A DNA stretch of 64,000 nt, taken from contig JAQGDQ010000200.1 in assembly GCA_030141605.1 (NCBI GenBank), positions 1 to 64,000 of the forward strand, in the 5' to 3' direction. The DNA comes from Tubiluchus corallicola (lineage: Eukaryota > Animalia > Priapulida). The notes under the pieces were generated by a model. The model made no database searches. It had not been told where the DNA came from and worked only from the letters and a program-made list of their open reading frames with translations. This document shows positions 52,282 to 63,869 of this stretch, one piece after another (the stretch's first letter is position 1; each line of letters begins with the position of its first letter). The position numbers and the translations under genes were made by a program.

Positions 52282-52810
52282 TTAAAGGAAAACAGGATGA
52301 TTTTTCATATGCTACCCCATTTTCAAGTCCGATAAAAAGTATATATTTTAACACAATTAATACTGCAAAAGCCTTTCTGATAATTAAATAATAGATTAAA
52401 ATCGTAATTAACGACGTGGGAGCCCAGCTATTGATGGCATCACAAACTAACATAATTTTCAACAGCAAAAATATTGCACGAGCGTGTTGCATGTGTTTGC
52501 GAAAGCGATAATTGAAGTACAGTGCCACTGTGAAGACGAACACGTCTGAACTGAGAGGTGCAACACCTACTTCTTGTGCAACGTGTTTTTTGAAATGCAG
52601 GAACTAGTGCCCGTCTAGCTAGCGAATGGCGAGAAGCATGTAATAGCGGAAAACGTGCAGCTCGTCACAAATGAACATGTCTGAACTGAGAGGTATAACA
52701 CCTGCTTTTTGCGCAATGCGTTTCCGAAATGCAGGAACTAGTACCTTTCATGTAAGTCATTTTTGAAAAAAATAGTATGTTTCTTTTCAATATGTTAAAC
52801 AGTAGATTAA
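52282..52810 (+). mobile_element. Family A copy, 3' truncated or rearranged
   Basis: TTAA-AGGAAAACAGGATGATTTTTCA start; colinear with the other copies. Confidence 0.8.
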
Positions 52811-53887
52811 AGCATTCAATTGTCGTTGCATTTGGTGCTTTCCTTTTATTGTTCTTTTTATTGACTATCGCGTGTCATAATCAATTTATCCTAAATTATT
52901 ATTATAGTTTTTGAAAAGTTCTTCCTGTTAAATGGAGCAAGAGTAAAGGAATGTTGTTTTAAATAGTGATTTTGATTAAATTATTAAATTAATAACGTAA
53001 GATTAAGTGCTTGACGATGCAAGATTAAATGATCGTCTTAGCTAGAAGCCCAGTTAGGTGTGGCATATCACGTGATGATCAGCTGATGTTCGACCGGCTG
53101 AGTCAGAAGTAAAGATTGATGACGCAATCTTTATGCGCAGAAGCTCAGGGCACATTAGGTAGTTAGACAAAAGGAATTTGAGACCCGCACCTCGGGAAGA
53201 TTAGGAGCTGTCTTGAAGACGGAGGGCTGACATTAAACTCTTCTTATTCACACCGTGTTGTGTTTGATCTTTAATAAACGCGTAGTTTGCTAAATAAAGT
53301 CTTGATAGTTTGCCATGCCCATCGTGGCTGTTTCCACGCAATCTTCACGAGCCACATCCACCCATACAATAAACAACAATAACCAGCAAGCAGCTATAAC
53401 CACTGTATTAAACAGACTCTAACTCATCAGAAGCAGCAATTCTTTTACTGCAAGGAGGTCATATTATTATCAAATTTTTAACCCCTTTTAATTACCTTTA
53501 TACCCGTTTATCTTATTTGTGTAAATAAAAATAAAAAATAAACAAATAACACTATTTATTTTTTGTTTTTATTTACACATTTTGATGGCTCTCTTCGTTT
53601 CTTACATATTGATAATGCGGTCATCTGTATTAATACAACATTTAATACAACAACTTCTCAAGCTTTTATCTGATTCTTTCCATTTTTTCGAATTCGTTGA
53701 AAACACAAGACGCGACAACATTGTCAAAACTAAATCAGCCCATTGTTCTGAAAACACGGGAAGCATTCCAAATTGATAACTTGTTGAATTTGAAACATTC
53801 GAAAGTGTCAGCTTGATAACACCACTAGTAGGCTTAACGGGTTTCTGAAATATGGTGGTGTACCTGTCAAGGAGTATCTGTCTGTAT

Positions 53888-54473
53888 ATGAAGGCAACAA
53901 AATATTGGTTTGTTTTTGCCTTGGCAGTAAGAGCAGCCGATGGTGAGGCATGCCCAGATGCACAGAAAGTCGATACTTGTGACTACTTTAGCAATCGAGC
54001 AAGCGAATGCCAGATCAGATGTGGTACTCGTGGTCCTATAGACCTGCAAATGTTGACACAAATAACTGCTTCGTTAAACCCAGAAACATATAAATTCGAA
54101 TTAAGCAATTTTGAAGGACAACATTTACCAGAAGATTTCCTAGCTGGAAAAACAATTACAGATTTGATCTTAAAGAGAAATATGTTCAAAACCATCAATG
54201 AGAACAACATAGCTGGAATTATACAAGGAAAATTGGTTATAAAAACAAACAAACATCTACGATTGATTCATCGTAATGCATTCGAAAATCAAGAAAATTT
54301 GCGGGAGATAGAAATTGTGAATAATGACAAGCTGAGAGCAATAGACTTGAACGTAATGTATAACAAATTACTTGATGGTTTCACAGTGCAGAAGAATAAT
54401 GTCTTGAATGTTGTACGACCACTGAAGTTTCCATTAAACAGAAATACTCAACGTATTAGACTGGTATTAACTG
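53888..54473 (+). CDS. LRR- and EGF-domain secreted/surface protein, exon 1 of 3 (signal peptide, Cys cap, LRRs; gene 53888-57150, 381 aa)
   Basis: MKATKYWFVFALAVRAADG signal-like start; ACP...C...C...C cap; LxxLxLxxN-type repeats (ITDLILKRN, LREIEIVNN); donor ACT G|gtaagt. An upstream in-frame ATG at 53852 is an alternative start. Confidence 0.85.
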
Positions 54474-55108
54474 GTAAGTCTGGTGAGAATGTTCGAGCAA
54501 GTGGTGCTGAGGCGCTTATGATACATACTTGAAAATTTGTAGTTGAAGCAGCGCAAAATTCAACATAACTTTGTTGGTTGGTTAGTTTTGGATCTGGGTT
54601 GATTAGCAGTTACTTGTTGAATTGTTTATTGGTTGGTTGGTGGATTGGTGCCTTGATTGGTATGGTTGTTTTGTTAGTTGCTTGGTTCTCTGTTTACTTG
54701 GTTAGTAAGTTTAAGCATTTTCATTTTACAACCTTTAGTCATACACTGAACTCCTAGTTGGACGTACATCTAATGCATGAAGCCCAAAGCCTAAACAGTA
54801 GAACAGCTTAAGCATAGGTTATGTTATGTACTAATGTGGTTTTAGGCCTAAGGTCTAACACAGTTTGCTTAAAAAAGACAAATGATTAAGAAACAGAATT
54901 TGGTGATAAGAATTGGCTATAAAAATACATGTAGCTAGTCGAAGATCAATCAAAATGTATAGATTACTCCCAGCATAGATACCCCAAGAAATGTTTCTGG
55001 CTCTAGCAATGTCTTTTTTCTGGGACTCAATTGCCAAACAAATTTTCAGTAGTTACAATTCCACCATGTTCGTCTGTGTTCATTTACCTATTTCATTAAA
55101 CTTTGTAG

Positions 55109-55294
55109 ATAATCCTTCGCTAAGCTGTGATTGTGAAATGCAATGGCTAACAGACACATTAGACAGCTGGCATGTAGCTTCAGTTTTTCAATGTCGGGCA
55201 GAGGCAACTTGCAAGAATGGTGGCAGTTGTGTGCAACTTAAAGGCAACTACGTTTGCACTTGTGCATCAGGTTACGAAGGTGACAACTGTGAAC
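55109..55294 (+). CDS. LRR-EGF protein exon 2 (LRRCT-like start and EGF)
   Basis: DNPSLSCDCEMQWL (LRRCT motif NPxxCDCxxxWL), then CKNGGSCVQLKGNYVCTCASGYEGDNCE; phase 1/1, tttgtag and gtgagt boundaries. Confidence 0.9.
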
Positions 55295-56776
55295 GTGAGT
55301 TTTGTAACACAAACTGGTTCTAACCTGATGATAAAATCTGGTATTTTTTTATGTTTTGTCAACAATTAAAATATACAGAATACACAGGACACATTAGTCT
55401 TGCATGTAAGACATTCTCGGCTGTTTGTTTGTAAGATTCCTGGTAGTGTTTGTTAGCAAAATCCACATTTCAATCTGCTTTGTAAAATGAATCACTGAAA
55501 CACAAGGGTAAACACAATGACACATTAAAACACTGACAAGTTAAGAGATTTAAACCAGACGACAGCACTTTCTTATGGTGTAGTATAAGTTCTGTCCGTT
55601 TTAAATCCTCAGTGATTTAGTATTTTAGCGCTTTGATTTTACAAAGCTGCATATAGTGTGTACTTTGTTAGCAAACACCACCTGAAGCTCACAAATTTAT
55701 TGTTCATAGCAACCAATGAAATTAAAATACTGCGATATTGTAGCTAAATCTGATCGTATAATTGGGTCAAATGTCAATTCTTTGTTTTTATAAAAACAAA
55801 TGGTAAACTTAATGGACTTTTATATTTTATTAATAGTATTATTTGATAAACTTATTCTGCCATGAGTGAAACTCGGCTGATCAATCATCGTATCGTATTC
55901 GCAGTGCAGATCGTCATATTGCGCTAAGCAATCATCTAGAAATCGGCTATCGCTCGGCGAAAATCAAGCGGGACCTGGACGCTGATTCGCTGAGTCACGG
56001 TATAATCTTACAGTTGTACAGAAAACGTCTAAATGCATGAAACAAAGTGACACGACTGAAATAACTGAAGATAATTCGCCAGAGTTCTACTCCATTGTAC
56101 TCCATCCTGGAACAGGTGCTGAGGTGGAAAACGCACCTGTCTGTCAGCTACGGAACCGAGAAGCCATTTCATTTAACGCCATTACGTAATGGCTTCGCAC
56201 GGACGAGACCACAACAATGTAAAGGGGGTCTGAAATGGCGTTTCGCTCGTGCAACAATATTTTAAGCTATTGCAAACATTACTTTTACTGCAGCGTCCGA
56301 TACAGACTTCAGAAAAGGGTGAGCCCAACGAAAAAGCAGCTAGGTGATCTGGGGAAACCCGGCTACCAATGCATTTTACTGCATTTTAGACCATTTTTCT
56401 TGCTATGTCCTTAAGCGAATTCAATAGTTTAAAACTCATTATGTCACCTCAAACTTTTGACTCATAATTACACACCAGAATACTAGTATACACACTAGTA
56501 TAGCATATAATTGCGCACAGCGACATCTATACCACAAAACTTCAATTATCACTTAAAGGGCACAAACGTTTTTACACTCAAATCATTAATGCTGAATTTT
56601 TTACTCGATATAAGTCATTAAAGCTACCACCAAACGTTCTAAAGCTTATAATCCAGAGAAAATATTTATTTGGTGTGCTGTAACTGCTACTACGAAGGGG
56701 TGGGCCCAGGCTTATTGACACAACTCGCACTACTGCATTTATTTAGGTACAAATTTTAAATATTTTTGTTTTATAG

Positions 56777-57150
56777 GCACAGCAAAAAAGAAAACGGAGA
56801 GGCAAGAAAATTCAATGTTCAGATGCAATCCTGGCTGCAAAGATGGAGAAGCATGTGAACTCGTTGGAAGTGAATTCTCCTGCATTCGCACGACCACAAA
56901 GACTGCTTTTATGGTAAACGCTAATACACCACTGCAAGCAAAAGACTCACCTTGTGCACCTAGTCCTTGCAAACATGGCGGAACGTGTGCAGTTAGGAAA
57001 AATTCTTATACATGCAAATGTGCTGCTGGTTTTATGGGAATGAATTGTGGAATGGCTGCCGTGTCTGCTGTTACACATATTACTGCTGCAGCAGACCTTA
57101 TTTCTGTTGTCATAGTGGTCGTGGTTGAAATCATCTATGACCTAGCTTGA
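56777..57150 (+). CDS. LRR-EGF protein exon 3 (partial EGF, full EGF, hydrophobic tail)
   Basis: Acceptor ttttatag; CNPGCKDGEAC...C; CAPSPCKHGGTC...YTCKCAAGFMGMNC; hydrophobic C-terminus LISVVIVVVVEII; stop TGA at 57148-57150. Confidence 0.88.
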
Positions 57151-58332
57151 TAAACAGCTTAGCATGGCTTTACCTGTTATCCAGGTTTGTGGTGTACAAA
57201 AGCTGCATTATTGCAATTTCAAAACTTTGAGGCTTATTGGCCCTCTGTATGGACTCTGTATATTGACTGAATGGCTGAGTTTAATTAAAAGTTGAGCTTG
57301 AAAGTAATATTTGCGTTTGTTAGCTGTTTTGATTAACTGTTAAGATTACAGATAATGTTACTTTCTAAGCACATTTTATGGAAAGTTAAAGTCAAACTAA
57401 ACCCCACTATATAATAATAAGCTTTTACAACTTAAAATGCTACTCTCATTACAAATATTCAATTTATTTTATTATAAATGTACTGTTGAACTTGTTTTTT
57501 TTAAATTTTTTGTCGTTTCGTTGTTAGCGGTATTAAATTTGAAGAACAGCCATTTTTCGTTGCGCGAGACGAATGACGTAATGAGTACAGTCACGAGGTC
57601 ACCAAAGATTGGTAAACAAACATCGGTAACTAAAGACGCTTTCTGTACCGCGTACGTCATTCTCGCTCTCTCGCGCTAAAGACGTTGAACATGGCGATCT
57701 TTACGACAATGCACACATTCCAAATACGCCAGAAAAAGGTAAATGATTTAATTTATAAGTTGTTTAATAATAACTATAAATTCGTTGTTTAATCATTATA
57801 ATGCGTTAAAAAATTCAACATCTGTGGGGTTAGACAGGTCTTTAAATGAGGCAAAATGACAACATACGACAGTAAAATTCAACATTTAATCTGAAGGTAT
57901 AGAGAATTCAATGCAATTTTATTTTAATAAATAGAAAACATACACGATATTTAATGTTTTATTATATAACTTTCATATCACTTTATCGTATCCGATTGAT
58001 AGTAAGTTGCATACATATTAAGTACACATTTTTACCATATTGTTAAAATTAAATATAGCAACAGTATATGGTTCATTAAGCTACATTATCTTCATTACAC
58101 TAACAATGCTACTGATAATATCTTTAAATATTTGTTTACCTTTAAATAGTATTTTAGGCAAAGAGAGAAAAGAATAATCAAAATTTAGAAAAAGCAAGAA
58201 AACTGTGAATCAAATTGTAACAGGATTAAAATATCTTGACCAAAGTTGTTAACTAAAGTTACACGTACATATTATAAACTGACTATTATATTCCAGACTA
58301 GAAATCGTTCGTATGAAAAACGTTTTCCCAAA

Positions 58333-58849
58333 TTAAAGGAAAGGCCAAATCTTCTACAAGGTTAGGCTTATTTCAATGTTCCTAAAAAATTTTAGAAGGA
58401 TTTAGTAATTAAACTGCAATAAGCGCCTCGTGAACAAGTCGCGATCACTTCACGCTTGGGCGCTCCCATTTTCAATGCTCATTCTTCTTCCAATGACGTC
58501 ACTCGTCTTGAAGAAAAGTAGCGCACTGTCAATCTTCATCAATAAGGATTAAAAAACAATAGATAGATGATTTTGTAATATTTTTGCGTGAACATTAGGT
58601 AAGCTGCAGAAATTTGAATTAGTTTAAGCAGTTCACGCTTACGAAAAGTCACGAAGTCTCCCAGTTACGTCATAATTTTCAAGTGAATGGCGGCAACCAC
58701 CACGCCCGAAAATTTCTATTCAGAGACGGCATATTTTAATTTATGCTTTATAGATTGTTTTGAGCAAATTTCTTTGTTGTATTTTTCTAAATTTAAGTGA
58801 TAAGAGTAAAATAAACCCATCATGCCAAGTAACTTGTTCTTTCCTTTAA
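58333..58849 (-). mobile_element. Family B copy
   Basis: TTAA-AGGAAAG...CTTTCCT-TTAA; reverse complement of 6816-7376. Confidence 0.85.
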
Positions 58850-59884
58850 GTCGCAGCCCTTCATCCTGTAGCAGTAGTTGTAGAAGAGGCCCACATCACC
58901 GTGTAGCTCAGCTTCTCATTCCAGAAATTAAAAATTTCCATCCAAAACTGCAACCAAGCGGCAATGAGCAATGAGCTCTTCGGAAAGAAGAGAAACCGGA
59001 TTACTTCGGTGATGTGGGTCCTTTGAGGGAACGTTTTTCTGGTCTACCCTATACAAAAACGTACTATCTAGTAGCCCTAAAAACTAATATGATCTACAAG
59101 CACACTATAAGTTACTCATGCGTCCAATTATCGTGCCACTGGCCAACTCTTCCGACAAGCAACTTATCTGGCATTTGAAAAAATCCATGTGGATAAGCTT
59201 ACGTTATAAATGTAGATATGCATTTTTAATCCGCGAGCAGTGGATTCTAAAGCCGATACGCTGAAATAATTTCGTTTCATTAGGTAGCGAGTTTTAAGCA
59301 TCGCTTCAAGATACTGAATAACTCGTAAACCTGCAAGCTAGCCTGTGACTTTGGTGTCGACAATGGTATTGTTAGAGAAGTTGATATCGTCGAAGGACCC
59401 GAGACAAGAGCAAAAATGTGAGAATTAGGACAAACTGCTTAATCACACATAATTAAACTGCACTGGGCCAGGCATGGTCAAGTGATAATTAATCACGAGT
59501 TCTCTGGACATTGGTCAGTCACACATGAATGACATAATTAAACCACACTGAACCAGGCATGATCAAGTGATAAATACAGTCATGCTCGCGGATTTGCATC
59601 TGAATTCATTCAGTCTTGTTCCAAAATTGCAGTCAAATGAGCTGACTAATTTATAAATAAGATAATTTGACCCTGTAATGACCGTTGCTAATGTTTCATA
59701 CTGGTACAAACAAATAAATATACATGATAATCATTGCTGCTGATTTTACATTCTCAATACGATATTCCAACTCATTACTTTCATAATATAACACGTATAC
59801 GGTAACAAGTCTGCTAAGAGGCATTTTGAGCATCTATCTATCTCTCAAACGTTTTATGACTTCAACTGAAAGCACAGAAGCACG

Positions 59885-60070
59885 TCACCGGTTTTTCTGC
59901 ACCATCTTTGTTTGGGCCAGGCAAGGATCACGCTTGCATTGGTCAGCATCCTTAGCAACTCTCCAGGGTTTAAGCTGTATGTCGACTGATTTCTCCGGGT
60001 ACAAAAGCATTCTCTGCTTGATTTTTACATCCGTGGCGTATCCTGGGTAAATCTTAAATTTTCTGGCCAA
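59885..60070 (-). CDS. Cytochrome P450 terminal exon
   Basis: Minus-strand acceptor tttttcag|TTG; LARKFKIYPGY...RMLLYPEKSVDIQLKPW continues in phase 0 from ...LLLAQ and matches the P450 C-terminal beta strands. Confidence 0.85.
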   Translation of the reverse strand: MARKFKIYPGYATDVKIKQRMLLYPEKSVDIQLKPWRVAKDADQCKRDPCLAQTKMVQKNR

Positions 60071-61695
60071 CTGAAAAATGAAGCTATTTTATAGTTTTAA
60101 TTATTAGCATGTTTGATGGTAAAGGAACATAATTATACTGTCATATATTAATAACATAACATAATTATCATAATCATAGCAACATAATTATAAAGTCATA
60201 CATTTTCGTAACACTGCAAAAATGGCTAACTTGGTTATATCATCGAACCTGGCGCATTATCACCATTAACATCAATTCATGATCATTATCATCAGCATCA
60301 TCATTGTCATCAGCATTAATATCCCCACCGTTGTCATCATCATCATCAACATTGTCATAATCATTTTCTCGCATCTGTTTGCTTCGCCCCATTTAACGTT
60401 TTTTTTTGTTTTTGTTGTTTATGTCATTAATTAAGCCTTATCCATGTTCAAGTAGCTCATAAGTTAATTTCTTCTGCTGTGCTCATAGCACTGTAATGCA
60501 TTGTTAATTTGTAATTTTATAACTTTTATTTTTGTATTGTGCTTAATGGATGAATAAAAAAATTTAAATTTAAATCTAACAGGGGCACTCGCAAACCACG
60601 AAACGCAATTGTTTAATATAAGTGGTGATTAATTTATTAATCAAGAATTAATGATAAAACGATAAAACCACAAAAACTATTTCCGTTAAGCATTGCACCA
60701 GGTCGGACCATCGTGAAACGTCACAGTAAGTAAACAAGCAATTTATTCTCATTATAGCATAATACATACAATGAAATTTGCGTGGTTTTACGTACTGCAA
60801 TAACTTATGAAAACAACAAGGAGATTAACACAAATAATTCAATCAGTTGTACAGTGACATAAAGAATTAATATTGCAGATTTACTGAAATTTACTGTTGA
60901 TGGTGCGAATTGCAACGGAATAGAAAGAATTTAACGTTCTTGTGGTTTTATCGTTAAAAAAACATAATTATGTGGGCCATTTTAACAAGTTCCTTGAATT
61001 TCGTTGACTTGAGAAACACAAACCAGTCAGAATTCAACTCGTTCAGTGAGTAAAGGATGATACTTCAATTAAAAATCGTATAACCCTTTTATCATTAAAC
61101 AACTCTAAAAAGACTCTGAAAACGGCACTGATAACGGTGAATTCGTCATTGATTGTCCGATTTTAACGACATTTCTTTCTCAGATGACAAAACACGGTAA
61201 GACGTGGACGGTGATAAGTATCAACCAACCGAAAAATTTGACGAAATTTCAGGTTCTCAGTACGAGTTCACAAAAAGGCTATCCCAGTTCTATACCTAGG
61301 GAAACTAAGTCATAGATCACTAATGGTAAATCGGCCTTGGTCACAGTTACATTTAATATAACAAAGTGATAACTTAAAAAGCCTTCTGCACTCCACTGGG
61401 CATTGAACCCAAGACCTGCTTTCCGAGCAGCTATGCTAAGTGTAATGTCAAAGAGGAAGCCACTAGATGTTAAAAAAAGATTGGTCAAACACTTTTTTCA
61501 GCACGAATATTCAAACAGAATACTATGAAACAAGCGCACGTAGTTTTTCCTTATTTTGCAGTATTATGTTTTTTCTTGATAACAAACAAAACGACAAGCG
61601 CCCGGCGTAGGTTTGAAAACTTCTTCATTGCAAACTGTAACATTTCAGCCATAAGCCATTGCCCTCCTTACACAAATCCAGGAAATATTGTCATG

Positions 61696-61850
61696 GGTAA
61701 AAAAGTCACAGTAAAAAAGAAATAACCCTAACCCTAACCATCAACCTAACCCTAACCCTAACCATCACTCCTAACCCTAACTCTAACCCTATCCATCACC
61801 CTTAACCCTAATCCCAACTCTACCCAAAATGAAATTGTGACCTTTCTCCT
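61696..61850. repeat. Degenerate (CCCTAA)n tract inside short inverted termini
   Basis: TAACCC repeats at 61723-61825, flanked by GGTAAAAAAGTCACA and TGTGACCTTTCTCC. Confidence 0.75.
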
Positions 61851-62443
61851 GTGTCTTCACTAAACATTTTCAAAACTAGTTTGTGTGCTTGCCTTTTGTT
61901 TATTATAAAATGAAATCTCCAACGAAACATTTTATGTTTAACTGGGCCATGGTCGGATAAAGGCCTTAAGAGACCCTAAGCACTGGAAAGCTTATGGTAC
62001 CCCCAATATGGGTGTAATTCAGAATAAAAACAATAATAAACTGTATAATTAGATCTTGTCTACAAAATGGAAAAAACTTGCAGCAAGATTTATTTACAGA
62101 ATGGAAGCCAATCACGTTTTTATAAGCATTACCACTTGAAATATATCATGACACATTTATGTAATCAATCAATGTCATCATATGGGCAGTGGGTATTTGG
62201 TAAATGGGCAGTTCACGCTGGTCAGTGGCCAGAATCTCGATGCCCAACAGTTATGTATTGTAAACAAACACAGAAACCACCACACATATTCCGGTATATT
62301 TTGCTTGCGGGATATTATTTGAATTGAAAAAGAACTGTGTCTGGGCCCCTCTTCCTGAGGCCCTAAGCATGTGCTTATTTTGCTATATGGTTTATCCAGG
62401 GCTGAACTGGTCCATAATTACTTTGTAGAATTTCCATACAAAC

Positions 62444-62650
62444 CTGGGCAAGCAGTAAGTGCAGTTCTAATTCAGCTAGCCTGCGTCCTAAACAAGCTCG
62501 GGTCCCAAATCCAAACGGGAGCACAGCGAAAGGGTTGATGGCATCTCTTGCACCCGTCTCTCTCAGCCATCTCTCAGGTTGAAAACTTTCAGCGTGTTTG
62601 AAATACTTCTCTTCCCTGCCCGCGTGAAATGTCGAGAAGAAAACTATGGT
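62444..62650 (-). CDS. Cytochrome P450, mitochondrial clan, penultimate exon (5' part lies beyond the window end)
   Basis: PERW meander and heme motif PFGFGTRACLGRRLAE; the GRR after the heme Cys is typical of the mitochondrial clan; minus-strand ttccag|ACC and CAG|gtttgt boundaries. Confidence 0.93.
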
Positions 62651-62910
62651 CTGGAACAAAGTTGACCATGATCATAATAAAGATGGTTTATTGTTTTATG
62701 CACAAGCCGTTAGCGTTAAATGCAGTGTCCACATTTAATATAAAGTAAAAATGAGATGTTATTTCAATGCGTGAATGTGAAATATGTAATGAAATCAAAG
62801 GTAATCATAATTAAACATGCAGTAGAACAACAGCATGAAGATCTGAATCCTCAAAAAAACGGAAAAATAGAAAAAAATATTTTTATTACAAGCACTTAAA
62901 ACATTTAGAG

Positions 62911-63316
62911 TTAAAACACCACAATTTTATCAAAACTTTTAATTTACATAGTTAACAAATCATGTCAAATGTTTAGACAGAGCTACTGCTGTCATAATCA
63001 GTGGTAAATTTTTACAAACATACAACGAGTTTATATAGGCAAAGCCTACAGTATAGAACATTATGCACTAATTATGTATTTAACAGAAGCCAAATAGCTA
63101 GTGAATACGTAGACCAGTAGTAATGAAATTGATACAGTAAATTATGCACTAATTATGAGTGCATAATGTTCTATACTGTAGGCTCTGCCTATAAGCACTG
63201 CTTGTATGTGTGTAAAAATTTGCCACTGATGATGACAGCAGTAGCTTTGTCGAAACGTTTGACATGATTTTTTAACAATGTAAATTAAAAGCTTTAATAA
63301 AGTTGTGGTGCTTTAA
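62911..63316. mobile_element. Inverted repeat resembling Penelope-like element terminal repeats
   Basis: About 160-bp arms (62911-63069 and 63158-63316); the right arm holds a hammerhead core followed by AATAAA. Confidence 0.7.
63220..63265 (+). ncRNA. Minimal type I hammerhead ribozyme motif (Penelope-associated type)
   Basis: CTGATGA (63226-63232), T, GACA/TGTC stem II, GAAA (63252-63255), C, GTT; palindromic AAACGTTT for a dimeric stem III; stem I is short with one mismatch. Confidence 0.6.
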
Positions 63317-63500
63317 TTATAAACATATTTGTAACCAACTAAATAAATCAAGCTCGACTCCATCCAGAAAGAAAACTTCAAAAGGATGGCGCCGAGAAAG
63401 AGGTGCATTGCGAACTGGGATGAAGGTGATGATGATAAAGATGAATGATGTGAATGGCAAAATGGAGACGATAACAAGTTTCAATGAAGATTATATAGCA

Positions 63501-63869
63501 TTAAAGGAAAGATCAAGCCTTCTAGGAGGTTAGGCTTATATCAATGTTCACAAAAAATGTTAGAAGGATTCAGTTATAAAACTGGCATGAATATTCAGTA
63601 AGCTGCAGAAGTTTGAATTAGTTTAATCAGCGCGGTTAATCAAGCGATGATGCACTTGCGAAAAGTCACAAAGACTCCCAATTATCTCATAATTTTCCAA
63701 CGAATGGCAACAACCACCACGCCTAAAAATTTCTATTCATAGGTAATATATATTTTAGATTTACGCTTTATAGAAAGTTTTTTGCAAATTTCGTTGTTAT
63801 ATTTTTCTAAGTTTAAGTGATAACAGTAAAAGAAACCCAACATACTGAGTGACTCATTCTTTCCTTTAA
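63501..63869 (-). mobile_element. Family B copy, internally deleted
   Basis: TTAA-AGGAAAGA...TCTTTCCT-TTAA; similar to 58333-58849. Confidence 0.82.

Noticed and set aside
1758-55331. Other CTGATGA occurrences (about 1758, 16451, 18933, 22800, 34579, 55325) as hammerheads
   Set aside because: No stem II followed by GAAA downstream.
59040-59400. RPIIV motif suggesting a LINE ORF1 relic
   Set aside because: Too short and degraded to support.
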